Below are positions 9,096 to 17,990 of a DNA stretch of 58,245 nt, one piece after another (the stretch's first letter is position 1; each line of letters opens with the position of its first letter). This DNA comes from a virus (lineage: Duplodnaviria > Caudoviricetes), in IMG/VR virus record IMGVR_UViG_3300025070_000036, positions 1 through 58,245 of that record, one strand, 5' to 3'. Both the position numbers and the translations under genes were made by a program. The notes below the pieces were generated by a model. It was not told where the DNA came from and searched no databases. It saw only the letters and a program-made list of their open reading frames with translations.

Positions 9096-9545
9096 TTAAG
9101 TTCCTTTACCGAATGTTACTTTGGTCTTGCGATCATTGAACAACGGCATTCGAGGGTCATTCTCACGCATGAGGTTGTTATCAACAGAACTCATTTGACC
9201 ATCAGTCTGTTGTTGGAAATAGTCGTTTCTTTCATCAACCATTTCTATCGGCGCTTTGCAGAGTAATAAACCACCTATAACTACGTTATCTCTAAAACGT
9301 TCTTGTTCTACAGTAACCATAGAGATTTCTGGGTGATCTTCAGCTCTTACAGGCGTCCAACCTTCACGTAACTTTGACGAGACATTGGTAGCGTCTACTT
9401 GGCCTTGGTTACTTACGCGAATCCATCTGAAGCTATATCCAGCTTGTGGCGCAGGAGACGGTAAAGTCTCTGGGCGTGTCCAAGCCTTCTTGCGGACAGT
9501 TTTTTCACGTTTTTCTAATTCGCGGTCTATGCGATTCTCAGCCAT
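9096..9545 (-). CDS. Conserved head-module protein
   Basis: FRWIR...SKLREGWTPV...IGGLLLCK; lies between scaffold and decoration genes. Confidence 0.7.
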   Translation of the reverse strand: MAENRIDRELEKREKTVRKKAWTRPETLPSPAPQAGYSFRWIRVSNQGQVDATNVSSKLREGWTPVRAEDHPEISMVTVEQERFRDNVVIGGLLLCKAPIEMVDERNDYFQQQTDGQMSSVDNNLMRENDPRMPLFNDRKTKVTFGKGT

Positions 9546-10572
9546 TTGCTTTCCTCATATCTATTGCAACCTGTTTGGCGTATTGTTCGGGTGTCAACCC
9601 CAACTTCTTAGCGATTTGTACCTGAGTGCGTGTCAACGTCACTTTCCGTGCTGCTTGGCTCCGCGTTGCGGGGGCAACCACTTGGGTCTTCTTTCGCTTC
9701 GGTTCAGCATCCTCGAAGTTTTCGGGGAATACTTGACGCATACGAGAGTTAATAGTCTCGTAGTATTCATCACTTTGTGGGCTTACGCCCTGTTTGACAA
9801 GTTTATTGTGCAACCCCAGCGCTAAACTCGTCATTTCGTCGTCGCTTCCAAACCACGTATTGGCTTTTTGCCAGTCTGCAGCTCGGCTATCAACTTGTAC
9901 TGCCGGAGCGGGTTGTTCTGTTTCTACTTCTACAGGGGTTTCTGGTTCCTGTAAAGATGGTAATTTGAAGTTTGCTAGTCTATCAGCCTTTAACTTAGCA
10001 TTGGTTAACTTTTCTTGTGCATCCAATACTGCATCAGAGTCACCAGATTCATACGCTGCTTTATATTCGCGTTTAGCATTTTCTGACTCAATAGAAGCAT
10101 TTTTCTTAGCTTGTTCAAGTAACGCTGTCTGATTCTTACTTACATTACCCTTTAGCTTCTTATTTTCTTCCATAAGTTGCTGAGTGACTCTTTCAAGTTC
10201 TTGACTTTGGCGATGAGCTTCTTCTTTAGCCCTGCGCTCGTCGTGGTAACCTTTGCTAAAATGCTGGATACGTTTACGAACCTTGTCAGAGTAATCTTCA
10301 AGTTCTTCATCCGTAACATCTGCCGGAGGCTCTGAAGCCTTGCGGTTACGATCTGCTTTAGGTGTATCATCTACAACCTCCACTTCAAAGTCGTCTTCCG
10401 AAGTTTCCTCGACTTTTTCCTTAGCTTTTGGCTCAGGAGTCTCTTCTACTTCCATGAAGTCTTCTTTAGTTTTCTTGCCGGATATATCAATTTCAACTGA
10501 ACCAGAATCTTCAATATCTAGTTTGTTGTCCTCTGGCTCCGGAAATTCAAATTCTACTTTCTGAAATGCCAT
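9538..10572 (-). CDS. Capsid scaffolding protein
   Basis: Acidic coiled coil; C-terminal LTRTQVQIAKKLGLTPEQYAK helix-turn-helix; position between portal and capsid. Confidence 0.75.
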   Translation of the reverse strand: MAFQKVEFEFPEPEDNKLDIEDSGSVEIDISGKKTKEDFMEVEETPEPKAKEKVEETSEDDFEVEVVDDTPKADRNRKASEPPADVTDEELEDYSDKVRKRIQHFSKGYHDERRAKEEAHRQSQELERVTQQLMEENKKLKGNVSKNQTALLEQAKKNASIESENAKREYKAAYESGDSDAVLDAQEKLTNAKLKADRLANFKLPSLQEPETPVEVETEQPAPAVQVDSRAADWQKANTWFGSDDEMTSLALGLHNKLVKQGVSPQSDEYYETINSRMRQVFPENFEDAEPKRKKTQVVAPATRSQAARKVTLTRTQVQIAKKLGLTPEQYAKQVAIDMRKANG

Positions 10573-10574
10573 AT

Positions 10575-10952
10575 CTACGCCCTCTGAATGCCTGCTGGAT
10601 CGTCTACAACTGCTTCGATTGAATCATCGTTCATTAGTCGATATTCAACGCCACCTATTGTAAAACGTGTTCCTGAGTTCATACGAAACATAACGAAGTC
10701 GCCTTCCTTACACCAAGGTCCGGTGGGGAAACGTTCGTCATCAGAGTACGCTTGATTACCCATATCCACAACAAGTCCTATGATAGACATGATATGGTCT
10801 TGAGTTTTAGCTGTTTCCGTTTTCAGGATCGATGTCCCTGCTACGGTTTCTTCGGGTTGTGGTAGTGCTACCAACACGCGGTATCCCACGGGTTTAGGTA
10901 GTTGTAGTTCCAATTCAGCATCGCTGATTTTAACTGCTGCTTCAGTCATCAT
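10575..10952 (-). CDS. groES: GroES-like co-chaperonin (probable start near 10952; the track gives 10985)
   Basis: LPKPVGYRVLV...GLVVDMG...WCKEGDFVMF...GVEYRLMNDDSIEAVV is the Cpn10 signature. Confidence 0.85.
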   Translation of the reverse strand: MMTEAAVKISDAELELQLPKPVGYRVLVALPQPEETVAGTSILKTETAKTQDHIMSIIGLVVDMGNQAYSDDERFPTGPWCKEGDFVMFRMNSGTRFTIGGVEYRLMNDDSIEAVVDDPAGIQRA

Positions 10953-11139
10953 CGTTTTCCATATAGTTTTTCGCAAGGTCTTCAATGTATTGTTTGCTGG
11001 CTTCGAGACCCCGAATTAAGCCAACAACTTCCCTAAATTCCGCATAGTCTTTAGGTGACCCTGCGGTTAAGAAACTCTGTGCAGACGAGATGTCCTCGCC
11101 GATTTTACCTTTTAGCACGTCAAAGACGGTTTTAGCCAT
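10942..11139 (-). CDS. Small helical head-module protein
   Basis: 65-aa ORF between portal and GroES; DYAEFREVVGLIRGL. Confidence 0.7.
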   Translation of the reverse strand: MAKTVFDVLKGKIGEDISSAQSFLTAGSPKDYAEFREVVGLIRGLEASKQYIEDLAKNYMENDDD

Positions 11140-11145
11140 GATGTA

Positions 11146-13626
11146 TTATGACTCCTTTTTAGGTTTTTGTTTTGATTGCATCATTCTAGCAGTTTCAAGA
11201 CCGATCTTGTTGCGTTCGGCACGCCCTGCCTGTTCTAACTTAATACCTTTTTCTTCTGCTTCTATCGTAAGTTCTGCTTGATCTATCTTGACGCGTTCGG
11301 CGTCTAACATAGCAGAGGTGAGGTCTTTAGCTTTCTGCAGTTTTAGTTTTTCTTGTTGCAAGGCGCTATCTGCTTGGTCTTTTTGTGCTTTGCGTTGCTC
11401 TTCAGCTTGTTTGATCTGCAGCTCTGCCTGTTTCATCTGTATGATTGGGTCTTGCTGTTGCTGTTGAGCTTTCTGCTGCGCGGCTTGTTTCTGGTTAGCC
11501 TGCGTTAGTTGCTTGCCTGCGTCTGCAACCAGACGTGACAGTTGTACTTCCATATCCTCGTCCATCTCCTCGTTTGGAGCCGGTAGTGGTACACCAAGCT
11601 TCTCTTCGATCTTGGTGCGATATGAGAACCCTAAGTGTTCGGCAATGTGAGCCTGTAGCGAAGCCATGATCTGTTTGGCCTGTGGGTTCTGTCCGATCAT
11701 CTGAGCCATCATAGGGTCTTGCATGAACGAGGTATGCGTAGCTATGTGTGCCTCATGGTCTTGGTAGATAAACGCTTTTACCGGCTTGCCTACTAGGGCA
11801 TCCATATTCTCGCTTATCGGATCGGTTGGTTTTGCGTCGTCCTTAGTTGGAACGAGTTTGTCAGCGTTCTTCACGCCCAATACTTCTATCATCTGGCGAT
11901 GTAGCTGTGGTAAGTCGTATATCTGTGGTGCTTGCGACGACATCTGCAGGACAGTCTGATACTGTACCACACGTTGCGCCATAGTCGAGTTATTAGGGTC
12001 ACTGACAGGGATCACGTCCACCATCATGTAATCTTCCCTTTTAGCTCCTACCTCGCCTCTAGCGGGTATATAAGCGTACTCTTCAGGGGCATACTCTGCC
12101 ATGATTGCTTTGAGTAGTTTAAACTCTTGCTTCATCGCGTAATGTACGCGTGCTTGCACCGCAGCCATAGGTTTTAGTGTGCGCTCTAGTAAGGCTAGTG
12201 TAGTACCCACAGGAGCGTTAGCAGACATGTCAGAGATGTCCATATCGCTTATAGCACCTAGTCGTCGTCCTTCAGTAGTAATCTGATTGAGAAGCGCTAG
12301 GAGCGTCTGTGAAGGCTCTTTGTAAGGTAGCGGCATGATGTTGTCACGGATTGACCCTGACGGCACGTCTACGTCCTTAAATTCACCCGGCTCGATAGGT
12401 GTATCATCTCCCTTGATACGCAATCCACGGGACTTTAACCCTCCCGGGAGGTTGGAGAGCGTACCCGCGTCTACGAGTTGACGTATCAAGGAAGTACCGG
12501 CACGGGCGTACCCACCGATAATATGTATCAGGCCAAGGCCATAAAACCCAAATCCCGGTACATAGTTGTAGTGGACGAAGTGCTGGCGCTTGAGTGTGAG
12601 AGGGTCACCCTCCTCGTAGTTTCTACGGACCGCCAGCACTTCTCCACTTCCACGCTCAATCGTGACGACATATGGTCGAGCAATCCCATCCTCGTCATCA
12701 ATACCTTCTATAAGGAGGTCGGCGTGTATTTCGTAGATAGCGTAGCGGTCATCATCAGTGAGCGAATAGCCCCCTTCTTCCGCTTTCTTCTCTTCGATGT
12801 CTGTGTGGTAAGGCTCTGGCTCCCCAAGGTCTATGTCTCTATAGAACTCTGCGGCCTGTAGCTTCTTCAATTCATTCTTAGTTTTACGCATTACGTGTGT
12901 TACACGCTCTGCAGACTCAATATTCGACGCGCCGTAAGGCACAATCACGTCTTCTGCTGAGATATAAATAGCAGCTTGACGCCCTAAATTAGGGTCAAAA
13001 TACACCTTTTTAAACGCAGAACCTGCTAAACCAAGGCTATACAGCATACGTTCATGTTCTGGTCGGTACTCAACCATGTTTTCAGTCAATTCGTAGTTCA
13101 TATCGGCCATAACACGGGCAGCCGCTTCGTCTTTTTCCTTGGATTCTACCCCAAGTATCTTAGTTTTTACTGGTCCAGCCGCTGGCATGGTCTCACTCAC
13201 GGTCTCAGCTTGGAACCTTATAGCTGCTTCAGCTAAAACAGTAGAGTTTACGCCACATGCACCCTCCCAAGGCTCGGTACGTTCCTCATATTTGAAGCCC
13301 AACACGTCTAAACCTTTAACGAACGTATCTGCCCAGTCCTTACGACCCTCAATATCGGCCTTTACTTGCCCAACAAGCTCACCTGACAGCTCATCAAGGG
13401 CATCTTCACTCATAGATTCAGCTAAATTACCACCAAACTCAGTGAAATCACCCTCCATCCCGGGCATTATGGTTATCTCCATGCTCCCATCGGACAGAGT
13501 TACTGACTCTGGATCAACAATCTCAATCTCCATTTCAGGGATTTCCATCTCTTCCATGCCCTCGAGGTCACCTTCTAAGTCTTTTAGCCCCAGTGGAGCA
13601 GCGTATAGTCCTTTTTCAATAGCCAT
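11146..13626 (-). CDS. Portal protein with long Q/K-rich C-terminal coiled coil
   Basis: Follows TerL; LAGSAFKKVYFD, PGFGFYGLG, LRQLVDAGTLSNLP-like motifs. Confidence 0.88.
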   Translation of the reverse strand: MAIEKGLYAAPLGLKDLEGDLEGMEEMEIPEMEIEIVDPESVTLSDGSMEITIMPGMEGDFTEFGGNLAESMSEDALDELSGELVGQVKADIEGRKDWADTFVKGLDVLGFKYEERTEPWEGACGVNSTVLAEAAIRFQAETVSETMPAAGPVKTKILGVESKEKDEAAARVMADMNYELTENMVEYRPEHERMLYSLGLAGSAFKKVYFDPNLGRQAAIYISAEDVIVPYGASNIESAERVTHVMRKTKNELKKLQAAEFYRDIDLGEPEPYHTDIEEKKAEEGGYSLTDDDRYAIYEIHADLLIEGIDDEDGIARPYVVTIERGSGEVLAVRRNYEEGDPLTLKRQHFVHYNYVPGFGFYGLGLIHIIGGYARAGTSLIRQLVDAGTLSNLPGGLKSRGLRIKGDDTPIEPGEFKDVDVPSGSIRDNIMPLPYKEPSQTLLALLNQITTEGRRLGAISDMDISDMSANAPVGTTLALLERTLKPMAAVQARVHYAMKQEFKLLKAIMAEYAPEEYAYIPARGEVGAKREDYMMVDVIPVSDPNNSTMAQRVVQYQTVLQMSSQAPQIYDLPQLHRQMIEVLGVKNADKLVPTKDDAKPTDPISENMDALVGKPVKAFIYQDHEAHIATHTSFMQDPMMAQMIGQNPQAKQIMASLQAHIAEHLGFSYRTKIEEKLGVPLPAPNEEMDEDMEVQLSRLVADAGKQLTQANQKQAAQQKAQQQQQDPIIQMKQAELQIKQAEEQRKAQKDQADSALQQEKLKLQKAKDLTSAMLDAERVKIDQAELTIEAEEKGIKLEQAGRAERNKIGLETARMMQSKQKPKKES

Positions 13627-13637
13627 TGCTAATCCTT

Positions 13638-15203
13638 TTAATAATATCCGCCTCGGCGTCGTTTAAAGAACCGTTCTTCTTCTGGTTCGTCACTAGGTAA
13701 TCTGATAAATCCGCCCTGCCTAAACCGCATCAGAGCCATAACTGTAGAGTCCACGAGGTCATCATTACTCATAAATGGAAATCCTGCAATCTCTTCGACC
13801 ACTTCTTCAGCCCACCGTGTCTCTGGCACCCAGCAAATCCCAGATGCTACTATGTCTGCAACGGAATTAAGTCTAGCTAACTTATCTCCTGACCCCCTAT
13901 GTGGCGTGTACTCCGATACTGGCAAACCCATACGCCGCATCTCTTGATACAAGGCTACACCAGAACTTTTCTTCTCCACAATAAACGAATCAGGTTCCCA
14001 GTCGTGGTACTCTTCCATCGCAAGTTGTTTAAGTTCTGGGAACTCTATACGACGTTTTATACTATTTAACAATATAATATTGTAAGCTTCGGTCTCTTCG
14101 TTCAAGAAAACACCCCATGTAGTAAGTGCTGTGAAGTCTGCACGGTTATGTTTCTCGGCTGCCGCATCAAGCGACATGATAACATATTCACACGGAGGTG
14201 GTGAGTCGGGTATCCACTTGTTCCACCACTCCCGCTTGACCATAGCGGCCTCTTCGGTAGTGGGTTTCTGTTGATATTGGGAGTTCCATTGGAACACAGG
14301 CATTGATGCTTTGGTACGCAGTAAGGCTTCTAGGTCAAAGAACTCAGGCCATAGCGGTTTCTGTACAGTCTTTTTAGTTTTCTTATCTTCTATATCTAGT
14401 ATTGCAGGGAACTCGACCACATTATACTGGTCAGCTCGCTCATTTTTGCCCATATCACGCACCACTCGACCAGTTAGATCGTCTAAATGCCAACGTGTCT
14501 GTATAATTGCAACACGACCCCCGGGCATCAAACGTGTACGCGCACCGAATGTAAACCACTCATAGGCTTTCTCAAATACACCAAAGTTCCCGTTAATTAC
14601 ATCTTGCTCAGAATGTGGATCGTCCACAAGCAGTAAGTCAGCGCCACGCCCAGCCAGAGCAGAACCAATACCACACGCATAATATTCTCCCCCGACATTT
14701 GTATTCCACCTTCCTGCTGATTTACTATCTTGTGCTAATTTTACTGTAGGGAATATAGATCGGTACGCTTCCATAGCTATTAAGTTACGAACTTTACGTC
14801 CAAAATCCACCGCTAGGTCTGTCGTGTGTGAGACCATCATAACTTTCTTATCTGGGTTCCTACCTAAGAACCATGCTGGAAAGAAGATAGACACAAGCTG
14901 TGACTTACCATGTCGTGGTGGAATGTTGACACATATACGGTCTTCATCCCCAGATTCAATCGCCATAAGCATGTCTGCAAGGATTCTGTGGTGCTTTCCC
15001 ACTATGAACTCCGGCATCATTAGCTTACAAAACTCTATTAGGTCATCATATGCACCCTTATTAACGGCTCTGACGCTGAGTTCATCGACCATACGGTCAA
15101 TCTCAGCAACTTCTTCCTCACTAAACGAGTCTAAGTTGGCCAACATGACCTCAATCTCAGCTTCATCAAAGGCAAGAACGTCAGTCGTCATCATCAAACC
15201 CAA
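13638..15203 (-). CDS. terL: Terminase large subunit (true start probably ~15194)
   Basis: NIPPRHGKS Walker A, LLLVDDP Walker B, QTRWHLDDL, RNase H-like SLDAA...DFTA...DDLVDS. Confidence 0.95.
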   Translation of the reverse strand: MGLMMTTDVLAFDEAEIEVMLANLDSFSEEEVAEIDRMVDELSVRAVNKGAYDDLIEFCKLMMPEFIVGKHHRILADMLMAIESGDEDRICVNIPPRHGKSQLVSIFFPAWFLGRNPDKKVMMVSHTTDLAVDFGRKVRNLIAMEAYRSIFPTVKLAQDSKSAGRWNTNVGGEYYACGIGSALAGRGADLLLVDDPHSEQDVINGNFGVFEKAYEWFTFGARTRLMPGGRVAIIQTRWHLDDLTGRVVRDMGKNERADQYNVVEFPAILDIEDKKTKKTVQKPLWPEFFDLEALLRTKASMPVFQWNSQYQQKPTTEEAAMVKREWWNKWIPDSPPPCEYVIMSLDAAAEKHNRADFTALTTWGVFLNEETEAYNIILLNSIKRRIEFPELKQLAMEEYHDWEPDSFIVEKKSSGVALYQEMRRMGLPVSEYTPHRGSGDKLARLNSVADIVASGICWVPETRWAEEVVEEIAGFPFMSNDDLVDSTVMALMRFRQGGFIRLPSDEPEEERFFKRRRGGYY

Positions 15204-15777
15204 ATTCTTCGTTAATATCTATATCGTTCGGGGTCAAAACCACTGCATCTTCTACTTCAGGCTCTGGATTTACCAGTTTTGCAAGCTTGCTACGTAGTTT
15301 TTCTTTAATATCATCAGTGGTTTGGTGTGTAATCGTCACTTCGGACTTCTCTGTGAACAATCCCACGTCTGAAATCTTACCTAGAAGCTCTAATGCACGC
15401 ATTCGTACACGAGGATCAGGGTTTTCAGTCTCCATGACAAGCTTGTTGGTCACTAAATTGCGTAATTGCTTCGAAGATTCTACCACAGAGTGGTTAAATT
15501 CATCAATTATAGCACCTGTCATCTTAATAGAAGGGGGTGTTAGCTTTGCTGCACGCTTGTGTGTCACTTTTCGGGACGTTTTGTCGGGTTCTTGTGCAAA
15601 TGCGGTAGCCAAAACAGCGGCGACTTCCTTATCTCCCTCATCAGGAGTGGTGTCTAGCCCATGTTTCTCTAATTCTTCGACAGTTTTAGCCATCGCAACT
15701 GCACGATCTGGCAGATGTAACTGCTTTACTTCATCTTCTAAGGGTACACCCATCTCTGGGGTAAGATTCATTGTCAT
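15181..15777 (-). CDS. Probable terminase small subunit (start MTMNL at 15777; the track's 15837 start overlaps the promoter)
   Basis: First gene upstream of TerL; DPRVRMRALELLGKISDVGLFTEK. Confidence 0.6.
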   Translation of the reverse strand: MTMNLTPEMGVPLEDEVKQLHLPDRAVAMAKTVEELEKHGLDTTPDEGDKEVAAVLATAFAQEPDKTSRKVTHKRAAKLTPPSIKMTGAIIDEFNHSVVESSKQLRNLVTNKLVMETENPDPRVRMRALELLGKISDVGLFTEKSEVTITHQTTDDIKEKLRSKLAKLVNPEPEVEDAVVLTPNDIDINEEFGFDDDD

Positions 15778-15808
15778 AACACATCGCAGGTTGTTAACCG
15801 GTAACGTA

Positions 15809-15837
15809 ATAATAGGATACAAAAAATTTTTTATCAA
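15809..15837 (-). promoter_or_regulatory. sigma70-like promoter for the late arm, TTGATA-17-TATTAT
   Basis: Minus strand TTGATA aaaaattttttgtatcc TATTAT, 30 bp upstream of the TerS start. Confidence 0.55.
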
Positions 15838-15971
15838 GGGTTTTCAAAAAGGGGTGGGGGGTTTTCAAAAAATACAACTTTATTCATCCAGATTAGTAAT
15901 AATAGGTACATAGGAGTCCCGTTAACAGACAGCGGTGGGGTGGGGTAGGGTATGCCTTCGATATAACGTTT

Positions 15972-15989
15972 TTCGGGCAGTTGCCCGAA
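15972..15989. repeat. 18-bp palindrome copy 1 (TTCGGGCAGTTGCCCGAA)
   Basis: Read directly; in the divergent intergenic region. Confidence 0.95.
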
Positions 15990-16031
15990 TGGTATTTAAT
16001 GCTGTTTTGTTTGTTTTTATGGGTATACCTG

Positions 16032-16060
16032 TTGAATGGTGTAACATCTTATGGCATAAA
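16032..16060 (+). promoter_or_regulatory. Possible sigma70-like early promoter TTGAAT-17-CATAAA
   Basis: Correct spacing and a TGG before the -10 like the other early promoters; weak -10. Confidence 0.35.
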
Positions 16061-16113
16061 TAACTTATTGGAACGCCACAATGGATAGCCAAGGTTCTTG
16101 AAAGGAACATATT

Positions 16114-16746
16114 ATGTCAAAGACTACTAAAACAACTAAGACTACAGTAACCGCATTAGAAAAGCTTGGTGCAGGTGCAGAGACTATTGGAGCATTCGAA
16201 GCAGGCGCGTTGGTTAAGATAGGCCAAGCGGCAAAAGGGGCAGATGATGTTATCAACCCGCTAATTCAAACTATGTACACCAACGGAATACGTGCTAACG
16301 ATTGGAAAGCAAAAGCGGGATTGCCTGCAGGTTCTAAAATACCTGCTGAACATACTAAAGCTTACCAAGAGCGTCTTGCATTTTTTGGCCAAGGTGTTTG
16401 GAGCGTAGCAGATAAGGTGGCACTAAAACAGCCTGCACCAAAAGTAGGCGACTTCAAAACAAAAGGTGATTTTCTAGCGGCAAAAGCAGAACGCAAAGCA
16501 TTACAAGACAAACCATCAACCAAGATGAAAAACCTTGCAAAACGTTTTGCCACACTAGCCAAGAATGACCCCGATAACAAAGAGGTCAACGGTGCTAATG
16601 ACAAAGCGACGGCGATTGAAACACTAGGAAAGAAAATTGCAGAGTGTATTAAGTTACTACAAAGCGACCGACCATTTCCAGATACGTTTGAACATGATAT
16701 GGCATGTTCAACTCTAATCGCCTACAAAAATACATACATCAAATAA
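16114..16746 (+). CDS. First early gene; basic Ala/Lys-rich hypothetical protein
   Basis: AAAGGA RBS, 210 aa, own terminator; no recognisable family. Confidence 0.8.
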   Translation: MSKTTKTTKTTVTALEKLGAGAETIGAFEAGALVKIGQAAKGADDVINPLIQTMYTNGIRANDWKAKAGLPAGSKIPAEHTKAYQERLAFFGQGVWSVADKVALKQPAPKVGDFKTKGDFLAAKAERKALQDKPSTKMKNLAKRFATLAKNDPDNKEVNGANDKATAIETLGKKIAECIKLLQSDRPFPDTFEHDMACSTLIAYKNTYIK

Positions 16747-16753
16747 TACTACC

Positions 16754-16788
16754 AACCCCAGAGCCAAACGGTTCTGGGGTTTTTCTTT
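16754..16788 (+). terminator. Rho-independent terminator
   Basis: ACCCCAGAGCC-AAAC-GGTTCTGGGGT then TTTTCTTT. Confidence 0.85.
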
Positions 16789-16796
16789 GTCCAAAA

Positions 16797-17103
16797 TTCG
16801 GGCAGCTGCCCGAAACATTTGATACCAGTTCTCTATCAGCGGTACGCATTACATGTTGCATCTGCATACTGCATGTGATAGCAAGTCATTACATTGCACC
16901 ACAATGCCTCACTAGACCCACTTCGGTGGGTCTTTTTTTATTCGGGCAACTGCCCGAAAGTTATGATACCTGTTCCCAGAGTAGTGTTGCGCCTAACACG
17001 TTTAGTCATGTTCCAATGGGGTTTGCATATAAGATGTCACCATATTACACTTCGGGCAACTGCCCGAAACATTTGATACCAGTACCCAGAGTAGTGCTAC
17101 GCC
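16797..17103 (+). repeat. Three ~50-bp direct repeats (16797, 16941, 17051): palindrome copies 2-4 plus (ACATT)TGATACCWGTWCYC...
   Basis: TTCGGGCAGCTGCCCGAAACATTTGATACCAGTTCTC; TTCGGGCAACTGCCCGAAAGTTATGATACCTGTTCCCAGAGTAGTG; TTCGGGCAACTGCCCGAAACATTTGATACCAGTACCCAGAGTAGTG. Confidence 0.95.
16914..16939 (+). terminator. Rho-independent terminator inside the repeat cluster
   Basis: AGACCCAC-TTCG-GTGGGTCT then TTTTTT. Confidence 0.85.
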
Positions 17104-17105
17104 CC

Positions 17106-17341
17106 TAAGTCATTGAAAACAAACAAATGTTCCAAATGTTCCAAGCTTGTTCCAAGCAAATCGGGCGTAAGTCATTGAAAACAAACAAATGTTCCAATGT
17201 TCCAATAATATTTATATATATATACTCCTAAGTTTGGAGAGTAAGAGAGAGGGTCTCTGCCCTAAAAACCACTTCTCAGATTTAGACATATACCTTTGGA
17301 ACAAAGGAACTTTGGAACATTCTTTTAAAATCAATGGGTTA
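17106..17341. other. Putative replication origin: TGTTCCAA iterons, AT-rich tract, IHF-like sites
   Basis: 30-bp direct repeat at 17106 and 17168; TGTTCCAA at 17128, 17137, 17148, 17190, 17198; inverted at 17296, 17312; AT tract 17204-17224; AATCAATGGGTTA at 17329 matches WATCAANNNNTTR. Confidence 0.55.
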
Positions 17342-17410
17342 CATACATACACAACGTCACACGATGTCACAAAGCACCAATCACCACGAGACACCACAAT
17401 TCCCAATTAC

Positions 17411-17439
17411 TTGACATTGCCTACTATATGTGGTAATAT
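17411..17439 (+). promoter_or_regulatory. Strong sigma70 early promoter TTGACA-17-TAATAT with extended TG
   Basis: AATTAC TTGACA ttgcctactatatgtgg TAATAT. Confidence 0.8.
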
Positions 17440-17519
17440 GTTATATGGTTGATAGGTAACAGCCCAACCAAGTCCCAATACCAACGTTACCACTTCCATC
17501 TTTCATTTAACTTTAACCT

Positions 17520-17537
17520 TTCGGGCAACTGCCCGAA
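17520..17537. repeat. Palindrome copy 5, followed by GGAGA RBS and ATG 17554
   Basis: TTCGGGCAACTGCCCGAA tacatGGAGAtacactATG. Confidence 0.95.
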
Positions 17538-17553
17538 TACATGGAGATACACT

Positions 17554-17784
17554 ATGCAACAAACAGTAACAGCCAGAGGTTTCGCTTGGAACTCAAGCAC
17601 ACGTACGTATTCAAATGAGGTACGTTTCGAAGCCCCAAACCTAATCGCCGCCAAGCGGTGGGTTGAAAGTAAATATCTGCAACTCGAGAACTTATCCATA
17701 TTGCAGACAAATGAAGAGTATCTACTACAAAGCTTACTCCTTCATTCTCCCGTGCAAGCTGTAACAAATGAGGTGATCGAATGA
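17554..17784 (+). CDS. Hypothetical early protein (start MQQTV at 17554)
   Basis: GGAGA RBS; ATGA overlap with the next gene. Confidence 0.65.
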   Translation: MQQTVTARGFAWNSSTRTYSNEVRFEAPNLIAAKRWVESKYLQLENLSILQTNEEYLLQSLLLHSPVQAVTNEVIE

Positions 17785-17984
17785 GTAAGAATGTTTGCGA
17801 TTGCTGTGGCGATACATTCTCAGTGCGCCGCGCAAAACTTGGATACACAGTGTGTTTAGATTGCGGTGACAATCAGGCGCAAAGCCAACGTGCAAGTTGG
17901 TGCGTAGTACCGCTTCCCAAACAAGGCTATACACTCGCCACTCGTAAAGAAGATTTGTTGTATCTTAACCAAAAACCACGATAG
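17781..17984 (+). CDS. TraR/DksA-like C4 zinc-finger protein
   Basis: CDCCGDTFSVRRAKLGYTVCLDCG fits CxxCGxxIxxxR-x7-9-CxxC; GAGGTG RBS. Confidence 0.6.
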   Translation: MSKNVCDCCGDTFSVRRAKLGYTVCLDCGDNQAQSQRASWCVVPLPKQGYTLATRKEDLLYLNQKPR

Positions 17985-17990
17985 GAGATT

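Noticed and set aside
16797-17103. CRISPR array interpretation of the palindromic repeats
   Set aside because: Only three clustered copies with unequal periods (144 and 110 bp), a terminator inside one spacer, the same palindrome dispersed before genes, and no cas operon
16704-17452. ORFs 16704-17108, 16894-17076, 17189-17452 and 17212-17406
   Set aside because: They cross terminators, repeats and iterons and lack an RBS; the region is better explained as non-coding
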